A DNA stretch of 64,000 nucleotides. It comes from Octopus vulgaris. Its lineage: Eukaryota. Location of the stretch: assembly GCA_951406725.2 (NCBI GenBank), contig OX597828.1:8804001-8868000 (forward strand), in the 5' to 3' direction. Shown piece after piece: positions 28,486 through 41,364 of this stretch. The position numbers were made by a program, and so were the translations under genes. The notes below the pieces were generated by a model. The model worked only from the letters and a program-made list of their open reading frames with translations, was not told the DNA's origin and searched no databases. Position 1 is the first letter of the stretch, and each line of letters starts with the position of its first letter.

Positions 28486-28628
28486 TATATATATGTTTGA
28501 ATATGCACATATATTTACGTAAATACATAGAGGTGAATATATGAATCCATGCATACGTATTTAGTATACACACATGCACACCCACATGCACACCCTCACC
28601 AACACAAACACAGACATATATACATATA

Positions 28629-28691
<63 letters not shown>

Positions 28692-28962
28692 ATGTATTTA
28701 TACGTATGTGTATATATCAGCGTTTATGTAAGTGTTAGAATATATACTTTTAATTTGCACACGTGCACGTCATTATAACACCTGCATTATAATGCATATT
28801 CCTCAATTTTATATTGTACTTATGTATATATTCATTATACAACTCCATAGCTTTATTATTTTATCTGTTGTATCTATTTATATGTTTATTTATACGCATC
28901 TATTGTGTATCTAAATATTTACACATACACACACACATACACACGCACGCACACGCACATAC

Positions 28963-29034
28963 ACATACATATATATTCATGTATATGCCAGTTCTTATAA
29001 ATGTATTAGTTCGTTACATTCATGTGTCAGTTTG

Positions 29035-29096
<62 letters not shown>

Positions 29097-29816
29097 CTCA
29101 CATAAAATATCACAGGTGCATATAATATATATAATATAATATGATATATATAATATATATTTTAACTCTGTATACGGTGTATATATTGCTTATATATATA
29201 TATACATATATGTACACACACGCACATACACAAACACACACACTTGAACGCACAGGCACATATATGTTAAAATATTTTTGTTGTTTCCTTACAGAGACTG
29301 TATGTGTTTGTCACTCGTGGTCTGTATATATCTAATAACCAAATATGCTTATTTAAGTTACTGCAGAACCAGAAACGCCTGAGTAATTTTCAGGGAGAAG
29401 AAAGAAATTGTATGCAATTTGTTTAAGCCATGGAGTATAAAATTTATTCATTAATTTCGTAAATTGGAAGGGAAAACTTCTGAGAATTCATGAGTATCCA
29501 TAATAGCAATGAAGTAGGTTAGGAATTCAATTGAAAATAGCAGTAGGAACAACAAAACAAAGTTTAACTTCTCTGTGATTTTAAATCGTAATGGTATTGA
29601 TTGCTACACAAACACATACACAACCACAGAACTTCACGTAAGCATTAATGTAGTTGTGTATGCATGTATACACAAACACACACACTCACACACACATGCA
29701 CACACACACATATATATATAATGAGGGAGAGAGAGAGACAGAGACAGAGAGACAGATAGATAGATAGCTATGCATAATTTCATACCTATACATACATATA
29801 CATACATACACACACA

Positions 29817-29850
<34 letters not shown>

Positions 29851-29972
29851 CATACATATATATTCAAGTATATGCGAGTTCTTATAAATGTATTAGCTCG
29901 ATACGTTTATGTGTCAGTTTGTTCAAATATATACACACTCACATTTATATATACTCACATAAAATATCACAG

Positions 29973-29980
<8 letters not shown>
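28963..29980 (+). repeat. Local direct duplication (28963-29123 and 29850-29980)
   Basis: Shared non-simple blocks AGTTCTTATAAATGTATTAG..ATGTGTCAGTTTGTTCA and TACTCACATAAAATATCACAGGT. Confidence 0.85.
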
Positions 29981-30019
<39 letters not shown>

Positions 30020-30028
30020 CACGATTTT

Positions 30029-30115
<87 letters not shown>

Positions 30116-30489
30116 TATATCTGCATGTATATTAACATATACATTTATATACATCACCAACGTACATAAAGAAACACATATTTATGCGCCGTGAATTATT
30201 ATGTTCTGCGTATCTTTGCATATATACAAATTTGTGTACTGATAACGCAGATTCAGTGTAACGTTTACTTAGTTTTTGTGTGAGATTATTGTAAGTGCAA
30301 TGATCTCTGATCGATTCTGTCATCGGACCCTGTTCGTGTCGGACATTACCAAATTGCAATTTATTCTCGAACCGTGGCAATGTGTAGTTAACATCCATAT
30401 GCCTGCAATGCATTCTTCATCAATTATAATAATATGCATCACCAACAGAGTCGCCCTGTAGTTGATTATTTGTGTACAAATATTTACGC

Positions 30490-31140
30490 CGAAATGCTCA
30501 GCGGCATTTCGTCTCCCGTTACGTTGTGAGTTCAAATTACGCCGAGGTCGACTTTGCCTTTCATCCTTTCAGGGCCGATAAATTAAGTACCAGTTACGCG
30601 GTGGGGTAGATGTAATCGACTTAATACCTATGTCTGTCCTTGTTTGTCCCCTGTATGTTTAGCCCCTTGTGGGTAATAATGAAATAGGTATTTCGTCTAC
30701 GGCTACGTTCTGAGTTCAAATTCCGCCGATGTCGACTTTGCCTGTCATCCTTTCGGAGTCGATTAAATAAGTACCAGTCACGTACTGTCTCGATATAATC
30801 GACTTAACCCGTCTGTTTGTTCTTGTTTGTCCTCTCTGTGTTTAGCCCCTTGTGGGTAGTAAAGAAATAGGTATTTCATCTGTCTTTACGTTCTGAGTTC
30901 AAATTCCGCCGAGGTTGACTTTGCCCTTCATCCTTTTGAGATCGATAAATTAAGTACTACTTGCGTACTGCCGCTTCGTTGACACTTCAAATTCCGTCAA
31001 TGTCGACTTTGCCTTTCCTTCTTTCAGAGTCGGTTAAATATGTACTAGTTACGCACTGGAATCGATGTAATCGACTTAATCCCTTAGTCTGTCTTGTTTG
31101 TCCCCTCTATGTTTAGACCCTTGTAGGCAATAAAAAAATA
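30490..31140 (+). mobile_element. Head-to-tail array of four SINE family A units lacking the A-box
   Basis: Units 30490-30686, 30687-30869, 30870-30970 (3'-truncated) and about 30986-31140; identical junction GAAATA|GGTATTTC occurs twice. Confidence 0.92.
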
Positions 31141-31609
31141 AATTATATATATATATATAATCGACTGCCCCCGACCACAAAAAAAAAAAAAAATCGGGCC
31201 TTGTGCATAGAGTATAAAAGAAGATTAAATTAAAGAAAATAAAAAAAGAGATCTTATCTGAAATATATTTTTTTGAAGCAAGATTGTGACTGTCTCATGA
31301 CTGTTGATACCATAGGTGTCATACAGCATCCCATCTGTCTAACTCGCATATGTTTGCTACAGATAAATACAAGTAACAAGACTAAAGCTAAAGCGTCACA
31401 TTGTGAATCTTTGCGAATATTCGATTCGCTGGGAATGTTTTTCGAATCTTCCTAAAATATTAAAGATATTTATAAATCACTTGGTTTCCATCCTAGAGTT
31501 GATGCTTTTTAAACATATAATAACCAATATAACATTCGCAATTTGTTAACTTCGTGAATAATATACTTTTCCATATTAACATATACGACTTGGATTACTT
31601 CGATAATTT

Positions 31610-32005
31610 TGATATTTTTCGGCGATTTGTTGGCCCAAGCCATGTCTAACATAATAGTGCAACCTGATAGGATCTGTGGAGTCATTTTAAATCAAGATCG
31701 GTGGTATCAGCCCATTAAAGTAGGGAGATTTTTGTGGACTGAGCTGTATCCTGGTTTACGTGGTTTATCTGGTGTGTCTTTAAGAAATTTGTCCAGGTTT
31801 CGTTTGAAGATAGGATCCGTGGAGTCATTCGGTTGAAGATGACATGATCTTTTTCGCTTTTTCGTCGTTTATTTGTTTCGGAATAATATTGAATAGAGCA
31901 TGGATTGATGAGGAAAAGGAATTTTGTTACAGGGAATTTATGTGTTGTTATCCGAAATTTTATAGGGTGCGTATGGTACGTGTTTCCAGCCTTGACTGAA
32001 TTATT
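31610..32005 (-). mobile_element. Degraded CR1-group LINE 3' fragment
   Basis: Minus translations NSFSSSIHALFNIIPKQI and FKRNLDKFLKDTPDKPRKPGYSS match the CR1 ORF2 C-terminal pattern (LFN.LP...FK..LD.FL...PD.P..PGY). Confidence 0.65.
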
Positions 32006-32585
32006 AATCTAATGATAAAAGTTTTTTCGCATTATTGACTCTTCACATTGTACGAATTATAAATATATTTATCGACAAGTACGATTTAGAAATCAAGGTA
32101 AGCACTAAATATCTATAGTCTTAAAATGTTATATATAACATTATATAAATTCTTTCTCAAATTTTGCATGTGAAGTGTGACAATGAAATATTCTTTGATC
32201 TCAGGTGCGCTAGAACATTAAGTATTTTGACAGATACTTAAATAGGTAATTCACTGCGAGATAGCTCCGACCACATCTCAATAAAATGTAACTGCACTGT
32301 ACTCGTCAACATCTACCTTAACCAAATGCTGTCAAGCAAAACTGGATAACATTAAAAACACTTTACCAGAGTGGAAACAGAACGATGGAAAGATATGGTT
32401 ACACAGCAGCTTGGTTTGCTTGACAGAAAAAATAAGGTAAGATTAAACTGCGATCTATGTGGAACAGAAAGCTGGCATGATTTTGAATTTTATCTCAGGA
32501 CTGATAATTTCAATGTGATTATATCACGGCTGGTCCTTACCCTCAGATATATTGTGGAGAAATTATTTATGTAGCTTCGGTATTA

Positions 32586-32846
32586 AAAAAATAATAAACG
32601 CGCCCTTTTTAAAGCCTAGACAGGCTAATAGGCCCGGTTTCCCGGTTTCTATGACGTATGTGTTCCCCAGCTGGACGTACGCCAGTCCATCACATCATTA
32701 CTCATTTGTGCTAGCTGAGTGGACTGGAGCAACGTGAAATGAAGTGTTTTGCTCAAGAATACAACGTGTCGCCCGGTCCTGGAATCGAAACTACAATCTT
32801 ACAATCATGTTGCAGACACCCTAACAACTAAGCCACGCGTCTCCAC
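32586..32846 (-). mobile_element. SINE family B, full length
   Basis: Reverse complement of 12372-12630; 14-bp TSD TAGCTTCGGTATTA/TAGGTTCGGTATTA. Confidence 0.9.
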
Positions 32847-33763
32847 TAGGTTCGGTATTATCGAGGCATTACTGAAACACTACATGATGTGATTGGAAAA
32901 TAAAAATAAAGAATGTGAAGTTGCGATCTTCATTTTCTTTTGTTTACGATATAAAACTGGAACAGACGCCAAAGAGATTTTGAATCGGAAATTATTTAAA
33001 GGTCACGTCTTGAGATTCTCTTTTCCCATCACAGAATCGGAAGGTGTCCGTTAGAAACTTCCCAAAATTCAAACGGACACCTAAATAATCGCACGTAAAG
33101 TACCCGTACCAACATCTTTGAGTCCTCGTTATCATTGTCATCGTCGTCGTCGGCGTCGTCAATGTCAGTGATGTCATCCTCATCCTCATCATCCTCATCA
33201 TCATTGTCACCATAAAGCAATTCGGATCACGGCAGCAGCAGTCGCAACGAAAACACTAATATTGCCCAGAACAGCAACAAGAACAAAACATCATCCCCAT
33301 CATCTTCATCATCATCATCATCGTTGTCGTCGTCGTCGTCGTTGTCATCAATAACAATAACAACAAAAACGACAACCAGAAGTAGACCCAATGCCGTAAC
33401 AGCAAGACCAATTACACAACCCACAAAACAATATTGAAAACAATGTATACATGTAATTAACCAGGAACTATATGTTATTGTTGTTGCTCTTTTTTTTATC
33501 ATTATCGAGTTATTTTGTATTTCCCTGTTTTTTTTTTAATATTTGTTTTGTGAAGCAAAAATAAAAATAAAAATAAGCGAAAAATAAAGCTCGAAGCTAA
33601 AAGCAAGAGTAAATTAATGCATTGTTTTAAAGAATTCTGGAAAATTACTATTTGTTGGAAAGGGTAGGGTGTGGATGTTGGGTCGGTTGTGGCGTTGGGG
33701 TGGGGCAGCACATAAAGGCAATGAAAATTTGGTCTATTCAACGTTTCTTTTTTTTTCTGTGCA

Positions 33764-34150
<387 letters not shown>

Positions 34151-34452
34151 TGTTGTTCCATTTAATGCTCCAGCGGTAAAACTGATTGGTGGCGGTAGGT
34201 GTAGTTTGAATAAATGAAATATATTTACAAATGTCTTCCTAACAGCCTGCCGATTTCCTATTCAGCCGAAATTCACTTTTGAAATTCTTACCCCTTTTGA
34301 TATGTATATATACCAGTGAATGTACTACCCGGGTCAATGTACTGGCCCCTAATCGTGGTTCTGAATGTGTTAGCCTTATTTAAAATTATTTTAATTTATT
34401 TCATTCTGAGCAGGATGGTATTAATAATAACGAGGAAGAAGAGGAAGTTGAT

Positions 34453-34548
34453 GAAGAAGAAGAAGAAGAAGAAGAAGAAGAAGAAGAAGAAGAAGAAGAA
34501 GAAGAAGAAGAAGAAGAAGAAGAAGAAGAAGAAGAAGAAGAAGAAGAA
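34453..34548. repeat. Pure (GAA)n microsatellite
   Basis: Directly visible. Confidence 0.97.
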
Positions 34549-35254
34549 GACGACGACGACACGGTTATGACGATGGAAAAGAAGAAAAGATGAAGGTGAT
34601 TTCCTTCAAAATATTTGAAAGAAAGAACGTGATGGAGATATATTTGTAGATGTCTTCTAATTGTGGTGTATGGATTCGGTGAGTGCTAGTTTCTACATTC
34701 TCAGAGACTGCAGGCAGCTTGATTGATCGATAGATTTCTTTTCCTGGTATAGAGTGAATGATATTCCGTTAATATGATATGGAGTGAGACGTTCAAATTC
34801 AGCAGTATCCTAGTTGTTGTTCGTGCTGTTAGAAACTCTAGCGAAATTTATCTTAAAACGATTTCTACAACATTAAATACAATTATGCATTTCGCAGCGT
34901 AGTACTCGAGAGATTATGACTTTAGATAAACGTATGGCTATTGTTGTACTGCATTTTGAGCATACATCTCCTGAGTAATGGATGATGTTACCAGTAAAAC
35001 ACCAGCACCAGCTGTACTCATCAATCCTCACCATTGCTTTCGCGACCATCATCATTTTTATCATCATAAACAAGAATGACATGCAGGCAGTACAACAGCG
35101 GCAACAGCAGCAACAACCACATGTTCCGAATAATTCTGCAGATGCAAAATCTTGCCGAATTTCAAAGACTGGGTATGCACGACTAGGAATGGTGACTTCA
35201 GCTCATGACTCAAGTAGAAGTTGAATGGTTTTTATCTCAACACGATTCTTATTG

Positions 35255-35490
35255 ATCGTCCCCACCTTTTTTTTTTTCACGATCCCTTTTGATCGGAATT
35301 CGACCCTTTTGTCTTTCGTTTTTCCTTCTCTTCTTTCCAAAAAGAAAAGTTCTACTTTGTATTTAGTCGAACACTTTTGATCGGAATTCGACCCTTTTTT
35401 TCTTTTTTTCCTTCTCTTCTTCCTCAAAAGAAAAGCTCTACTTTGTAATTTGTCCCTTCTGTGTTCAGCCCTTCGTGGCCAATAAAGAAA
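35255..35490 (+). mobile_element. 3' UTR-only fragment of the Tx1-like LINE family, with an internal tandem duplication
   Basis: ACGATCCCTTTTGATCG..AAAAGAAAAGCTCTAC.TTGTAATTTGT..CAGCCC..GTGGC.AATAAAGAAA matches 18028-18145; followed by TCTATCT. Confidence 0.85.
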
Positions 35491-36761
35491 TCTATCTCAG
35501 TATAGACTTTAATTTATATCATATTTACGGAAAGGAAATCTCTGACTATTCTCACGATTTATTGTTTATCATTTGTTTGAACTGAGAGGGAGTCATAGAG
35601 TTCTTCGAATTGGGATGTAACAAAGATCTAAAATATTTGAAAGTATTATAATTGTAGCAGAAGGGAGTGTTTGATTGAAATCGCTCTGTCAATAAACTAC
35701 GTAAGATGTGATAAGTGCTGTTTTCTTCCAATAATGGTTTGATCTGATTCTTTGTGAAAATTAGTGTCATAATCTGTCATAATCTCTCATAATCTATGAC
35801 AAATCTATTTCATGGATTATCATCGAACATTCTCATTTGAAATTGCTAACGGATCTTACCTACAACTTAGTGATATATTTGAACACGGAACTGCGTAATA
35901 CATACCTATTTTACTCTGGTCAATCCTGACATTTTGACGAATTGTACTACACTAATATTCTAGATTTGGCATATTTTTTTTCATTTTTACATCCCGCCGA
36001 CTTTTTCCACTCTTGGTTATTCTAGAAACGACTAAAAGACTTTATAGGCTTATATTCTCTATCTAAATTATGTCTGTTTCGTTTTGTTTTTTCGAGTGAT
36101 GCCAAATATTTTGCTCTTTCATTTTATATTTTAATCTATATTCATCATAGAATTATCATAATATTTTTGAACCGCTTGGGTTACTTTTTCGTGCTGAGAA
36201 AATTTGATGCTTGTAAGAACTCAAAATTTAGTCTTGGAAAACATTTATTTCTCTAATATGTCTTATTCTGTATGTGCTATCAAAATTACAGACACATTCT
36301 CTATAAAGTTGAGTATATTTTATTCTGTTGACGTAGTAATCTTGACTCCGTGAGAGATACTAATGAATGTGAATCAGCGATAATAACATAAGAATCGACG
36401 TTGTCGTTATTATGATCATCATAATCAACAGCATTGTAATTAAGTGGAATAACATGATCAATATTACTCATACCATCCAAAGCAATTTGCTATTCGATTT
36501 CTCTTGATTGTTACTGCTGCTTGTATTTAATGTTGTCAGTAAGAAGAGACTCAGTGAATTTGATTGGTGTTACACTTAATTTGTTCGTTTGGAGCCAGGC
36601 TTCTAAACTCAAAGTATTGCTAATATAACTATGTAGAAATCGCGAGTATTCAGAGTGGATAAAAGCAATATTCTTGGCGTAAGATATAAGCATCTATTTT
36701 GTTAAGCCCTATAAAGGTCCTCTAGACCTAAGCTAAAGAGAGTAGTCTTATTTATTGTCAC

Positions 36762-36829
<68 letters not shown>

Positions 36830-36835
<6 letters not shown>

Positions 36836-36985
36836 TACATCATTTACATAATTTACATTTGACGGGTATTTCTCTTCATCTTGTTTGTTGTTAACACAAC
36901 GTTTCAGCTGATATACCCTCCAGCCTTCATCAGGTGTCTTGGGAAAATTTCGAACCTGCTTTCTCATTCTTAAGGCATTTTTCGA

Positions 36986-37058
<73 letters not shown>

Positions 37059-37150
37059 TTTATTTTTATTATTATTGTCACTGGAATCGAACTCGCAATC
37101 TTGGTGCTAGTTGCCTGCCATCTTAAGCCCTATGCCATATGTCCGTGGCA
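36830..37150 (-). mobile_element. tRNA-headed SINE-like element with an internal (TAA)n and a hammerhead-containing tail (family D)
   Basis: Minus strand: GGACATATGGCATAGGGCTTAAG (A-box-like), GAGTTCGATTCC (B-box), (TAA)n, then GACAC-CUGAUGA..GAAACGUU-GUGUU; ends in (ATGTAAATN)-like repeats at a (TA)n tract. Confidence 0.72.
36893..36938 (-). ncRNA. Minimal type I hammerhead ribozyme (PLE type, palindromic helix III)
   Basis: Stem I GACAC/GUGUU, core CUGAUGA, extra A, stem II GGCUG/CAGCU, GAA, ACGU palindrome, cleavage triplet GUU. Confidence 0.75.
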
Positions 37151-37163
37151 TATATATATATAT

Positions 37164-37364
37164 CAGTGCTTTTCAACATTTTTGCTGGAGCGGAACCCCA
37201 AGGAAACATTCCACAGGCTCGAGGAACCCCTCTGCAATAATTTAATTGTCTTATGCACACATATCTGCACAGGAGAATTAAAAATTACAGCCGATTTTAG
37301 CAGTTTTGTAACTTCTTGCGGAACCCCTGGACTGTACTGGCGGAACCCTGGTTGAAAACCACTG
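37164..37364. mobile_element. hAT (Charlie-like) MITE, 201 bp
   Basis: TIRs CAGTGCTTTTCAAC / GTTGAAAACCACTG, repeated subterminal GGAACCC motifs, ATATATAT on both sides (compatible with an 8-bp TSD). Confidence 0.85.
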
Positions 37365-37380
37365 ATATATATATATATAT

Positions 37381-37763
37381 ATAGCAGTATCGCCCGGCGT
37401 TGCTCGGGTTGTAAGGGAAATAACTATATAAGCATTTTTAGAGAGTTATAGCCAAAAAATGCATTAAAAATTGAAAAAAAATTAAGGTAAATATTTTTTA
37501 AATCGTTGACACATCGTAGATATTTTTAGAGAGTTACTTCCCTTATATAAAAGCGAAAAAAATGCATTAAAATGGAAAAATATGATGGTAATTTTTTTTT
37601 AAATCGTAGACTCATCGTAGACGCACGCTAATACCCAGAAGGGCTCGATATGAATCACGACTATAAGATACCCGCTTTTGGTTAAACTGCACCGCAAAAT
37701 GTGGGAGTAGTTAGGAATCTAAATCGTAGGAGACAGACACACAACTTCACTCTTATATAAAGA
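37381..37763 (-). mobile_element. Non-autonomous Helitron
   Basis: Minus strand starts A|TCTTTATATAA and ends with hairpin CCCGAGCAACGCCGGG, about 8 nt, then CTA(T) instead of CTAG; internal direct repeats. Confidence 0.8.
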
Positions 37764-40315
37764 TGCTTTCTTTTTTTCAGTCATAGAGTTAGATTTATGA
37801 AGGTCTTCAGTAGAAAATCCTTCGAATTCTGACTCGCTGCTTGATATAATGAAATTCGTATCCATTTTTTGTCAGAATTTAAAATTTTGAAAACACAATA
37901 GGAACAAATTTCGGAAAAAAAATCTCCCATAATTCACGGAATTAAAATTACACTTCGATTTTTGTACAAAACTGTAGTTGAAGTGTTTACGAAGTATAAT
38001 ACGTGTTTTCACGAATGTACTAAAGAGATTTGCTCTGATATTCTCATTTAAATATGAATAGGTAAATTCGGGCGGCTTGGTAACTATATATAAGTGTCGT
38101 CTGTTTATACATAAACACTGTTTCATACTGCAATTATATATACATATATCTATATATAATATTATATAATAAAATATATACAGAGTAAAATAAAAACCAA
38201 TTTACCTTTTCTGTCCTCCGTGTGTCTTTGCAAATGTGTTGGAATGATAAGTGAGTTGTGTTTTTGCGCCTTTTTTACTAATAACAAACACACACGTGTT
38301 TGTATGTAGTTGTATGTGTATGTAGTTGTATGTAGTTGTATATGTATGTGTATGCGTGTGTGTGAGGAATGACACACACACACACTCACGCACGCACACA
38401 TGTACATCAATGCTTTCGGAGTGATATGTTAAAATATTGAGTTTTCTCGAATGTTGTCTTAATTGGGGGTGAAATTGAAAGAAATATATTATGGCATGAG
38501 CGAATGGAGTACTTTGAAAAATCTTAGGTAAATTCTAATTGAAGAAGTTGTGTGAGGATTAAATGGTTATGTATTTATTTGTTTCTGTTTGCTGTGTTTT
38601 TTTATTTTTTGAGTAGTGGTTTAAACACTTTCAGTTTAGTCTTCCTCAAATCAATCACTCTGTCGCTATTTACTTTCATTTTATTCGTTGCCCACTGTGT
38701 GTGTGCGTTTGCGTGTGGTGTAAACCAGACTAAGAAAAGCATTTGACACACACACCAGAATGTGAGTTTTCTGTAAATTTTGCTTAATTGGAGTTTAAAT
38801 TTTAAAAACTGGACCTGGCATGACGCGATGCATTGTACTCTCAAAAATGCTAGGTAAATTGTAATTGAAGAAATCCTATATTGTAGATTTCTATAACTCC
38901 CAAAGGGAGGCAGAAAAAATCTGCCTTTTATAATAAGAGATACTTGTGAGTGCAGGTGTATGTGTGTTGGTGTATATGTGTGTATGGATGCATACACAGT
39001 ACATAAACACATATACGTCCGTCGTACTCACACGCACACGCTCAAATATACGTTTATTGCTTGGTATTTTCTGTAAATTGAAAGCAGAGAAGGGAGTCAA
39101 AAATTTGCGGTAATGTGGGTAATGTTGAGAATATAAGTGGAGAAGCGTTGCTGATTATAATTTTTGTGGCTGCTGCATTTAAGTATGAGGTAAACTGTTC
39201 TATCATTGACTGTGTTTTCTTTCTTTTTTGTTGATTAGCATCAGGCGTGATGTGGCTGACATGCGATCAGTCACAATTAAACATATTTTTGGACAGATAT
39301 TGTGACAGATATTCTTGAAGCAATAGGGTAAAATATGAGTGTGATTTGGCTTCTATTTGTAGTAGAGATGTAATAATGTAGGCATTAATTCCCAGAACCA
39401 TCTACTTGAGATTGGATAGAATGCTTTTAGAGAGAGAACGAAAAACAAAAAAGAAAGATAGTATATTTAAAATACCAATATATTTGTATTTCTTACTGGA
39501 TTAGAAATGATAAAAGGGTGATTAATTCTTGTAATTAAGATGACATATAATTAGGGCAAGTGACAAACAGAATATATATTTATACTAAATCTTCCCTGCT
39601 GTTTCAACAGATGACATCCATATCAGTATGTGATACCAAGTATATTGACATCATAGCGAAATACAATCTTATCGACTGAAATATGTGTTTATAGATTACA
39701 CAATATGGCTTATATTTACAATATTACCTCTAGAATTAAGTAAGATATTTCAACCTAATTCATTACTGGGAAAAATTACGCTTGGATTGAAAAGTTTTCG
39801 AGGATATAACTCATACACACATAGATAAATATATTGTCTTAGGAATAATACGGTCCCAAGTACTGTTATTCGGATTTCATCATATAAAACGTGTACTTTG
39901 ATTTCCCGCGTTTCGTCGAAATGGGTGTGTATTTCATATATTTCCAAAATCAAGTGGGATCAGATACGAATATTTAGAAAGAAATAATGAGAACATTCTT
40001 CATGTGTTAATAAAGTATATTAATACATTATTAGAAAAATTACGTTATAGCAGGACATAGGCATTTCGGATAGAACAAGATGATTAGTTGACATATTAAG
40101 ACGTACTTTATTCCCTATGGGTTTTAATGTACTTAATTAAATGTCCCCAAGATTAACTAAGATTTTCATTTATCTAAGGTGTGAATGCAACAATTTGCCG
40201 TTCTACAATTGCTTTTCTATGCGACAACAGTATTTTTGGGTTATTTTTAATGTTATGGTGTTTTTTTTATGTTATGTTTTATATTACCTGTGCAGTGTCT
40301 AAGCAATGTGATTCA

Positions 40316-40557
40316 TACTCGTTTACTCTCTTTTACTCTTTTACTTGTTTCAGTAATTTGACTCTGGCCATGTTGGAGCACCACCTTTAGTCGAGCAAAT
40401 CGACACCCAGGACTTATTTTTTGTAAGCCTAGTACTTATTCTGTCGGTCTCTTATGCCGAACCGCTAAGTTACGGGGACCTAAACACAGCAGCATCGGTT
40501 GTCAAGTGATGTTGGGGGTACAAACACAGACACACAAATATATACACACACATACAT

Positions 40558-40614
<57 letters not shown>

Positions 40615-41364
40615 TAAATGAAATAAAACATATGCATATATATAAACATATATGTACGTACCTACCTCTACATGTACATATACACGCATACATGAGTACA
40701 GGACACCAAAGGGACGTCGAACACAAAGAGAAACGAAAACATAGACACAAACCAAAGGAACAGGACATTTTTTTAAAAACAACAAAAAATGGAGTACAGG
40801 ACAATTAACACAACGAAAAAACCCCTTCTTCAGTCGCTAAGGTTTCATCTACTCTACGTTTCGAAGGATAAAAGCGAGACGTATCTTCGACAAGAAACTT
40901 TCCTTCCTGCGAAAAGCAAATCAATTAAAATTCTGAGATCTTTTCGCAGAGGGGTAAAAAATGGTAAAAAAATGGTAAGAAAAAAATGGTAAAAAAAACA
41001 GGACAGTAACGACAGTACAAAAATATAAACAGTAAAAAAACAGTAAACAAATATATAAACAGTAAAAATATATATATAACAGTAAAAGACAGGACAGGGA
41101 AAACAAGATAAGAAGGGCTGTTGACGCCGAACGAAAAAAGTATTGCAAACGCAGAATTTTTTGTGAACGACGAGAGCAGGAAAAGTCGTCCAGTTACCTT
41201 GAAAGGCAGGCTAGAAATTTCCGTCAACCGAATCCACTCACAAGGCTTTGGTTGGCCCAACGCTATAGTAGAAGACACTTGCCCAAGGTACCAGGCAGTG
41301 GGACTGAACCCGGAACCATGTGATTGGGGAGAAAGTTACTTACCACACAGCCACTCCTACGTCT
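40316..41364 (-). mobile_element. tRNA/CORE SINE family C, interrupted in its internal microsatellite by a ~600-bp insert
   Basis: Head 41209-41364 (TGGCTGTGTGGTAAG A-box, GGTTCAGTCCC B-box, CCTTGGGCAAGTGTC CORE); tail 40316-40540 ending (GTAAAAGA)n; the same head+tail order occurs without the insert at 53270-53575. Confidence 0.75.
40612..41200 (-). mobile_element. Unclassified insert, possibly a PLE pseudo-LTR derivative
   Basis: Repeated GAGTACAGGACA and ACAGTAAAA motifs; hammerhead half-motifs GAAACGUA-GAGU and CUGAAGA on the minus strand. Confidence 0.4.

Noticed and set aside
30490-31140. Regularly spaced repeats resembling a CRISPR array
   Set aside because: The units are ~180-bp SINE bodies with no unique spacers, the context is eukaryotic, and there are no cas genes.
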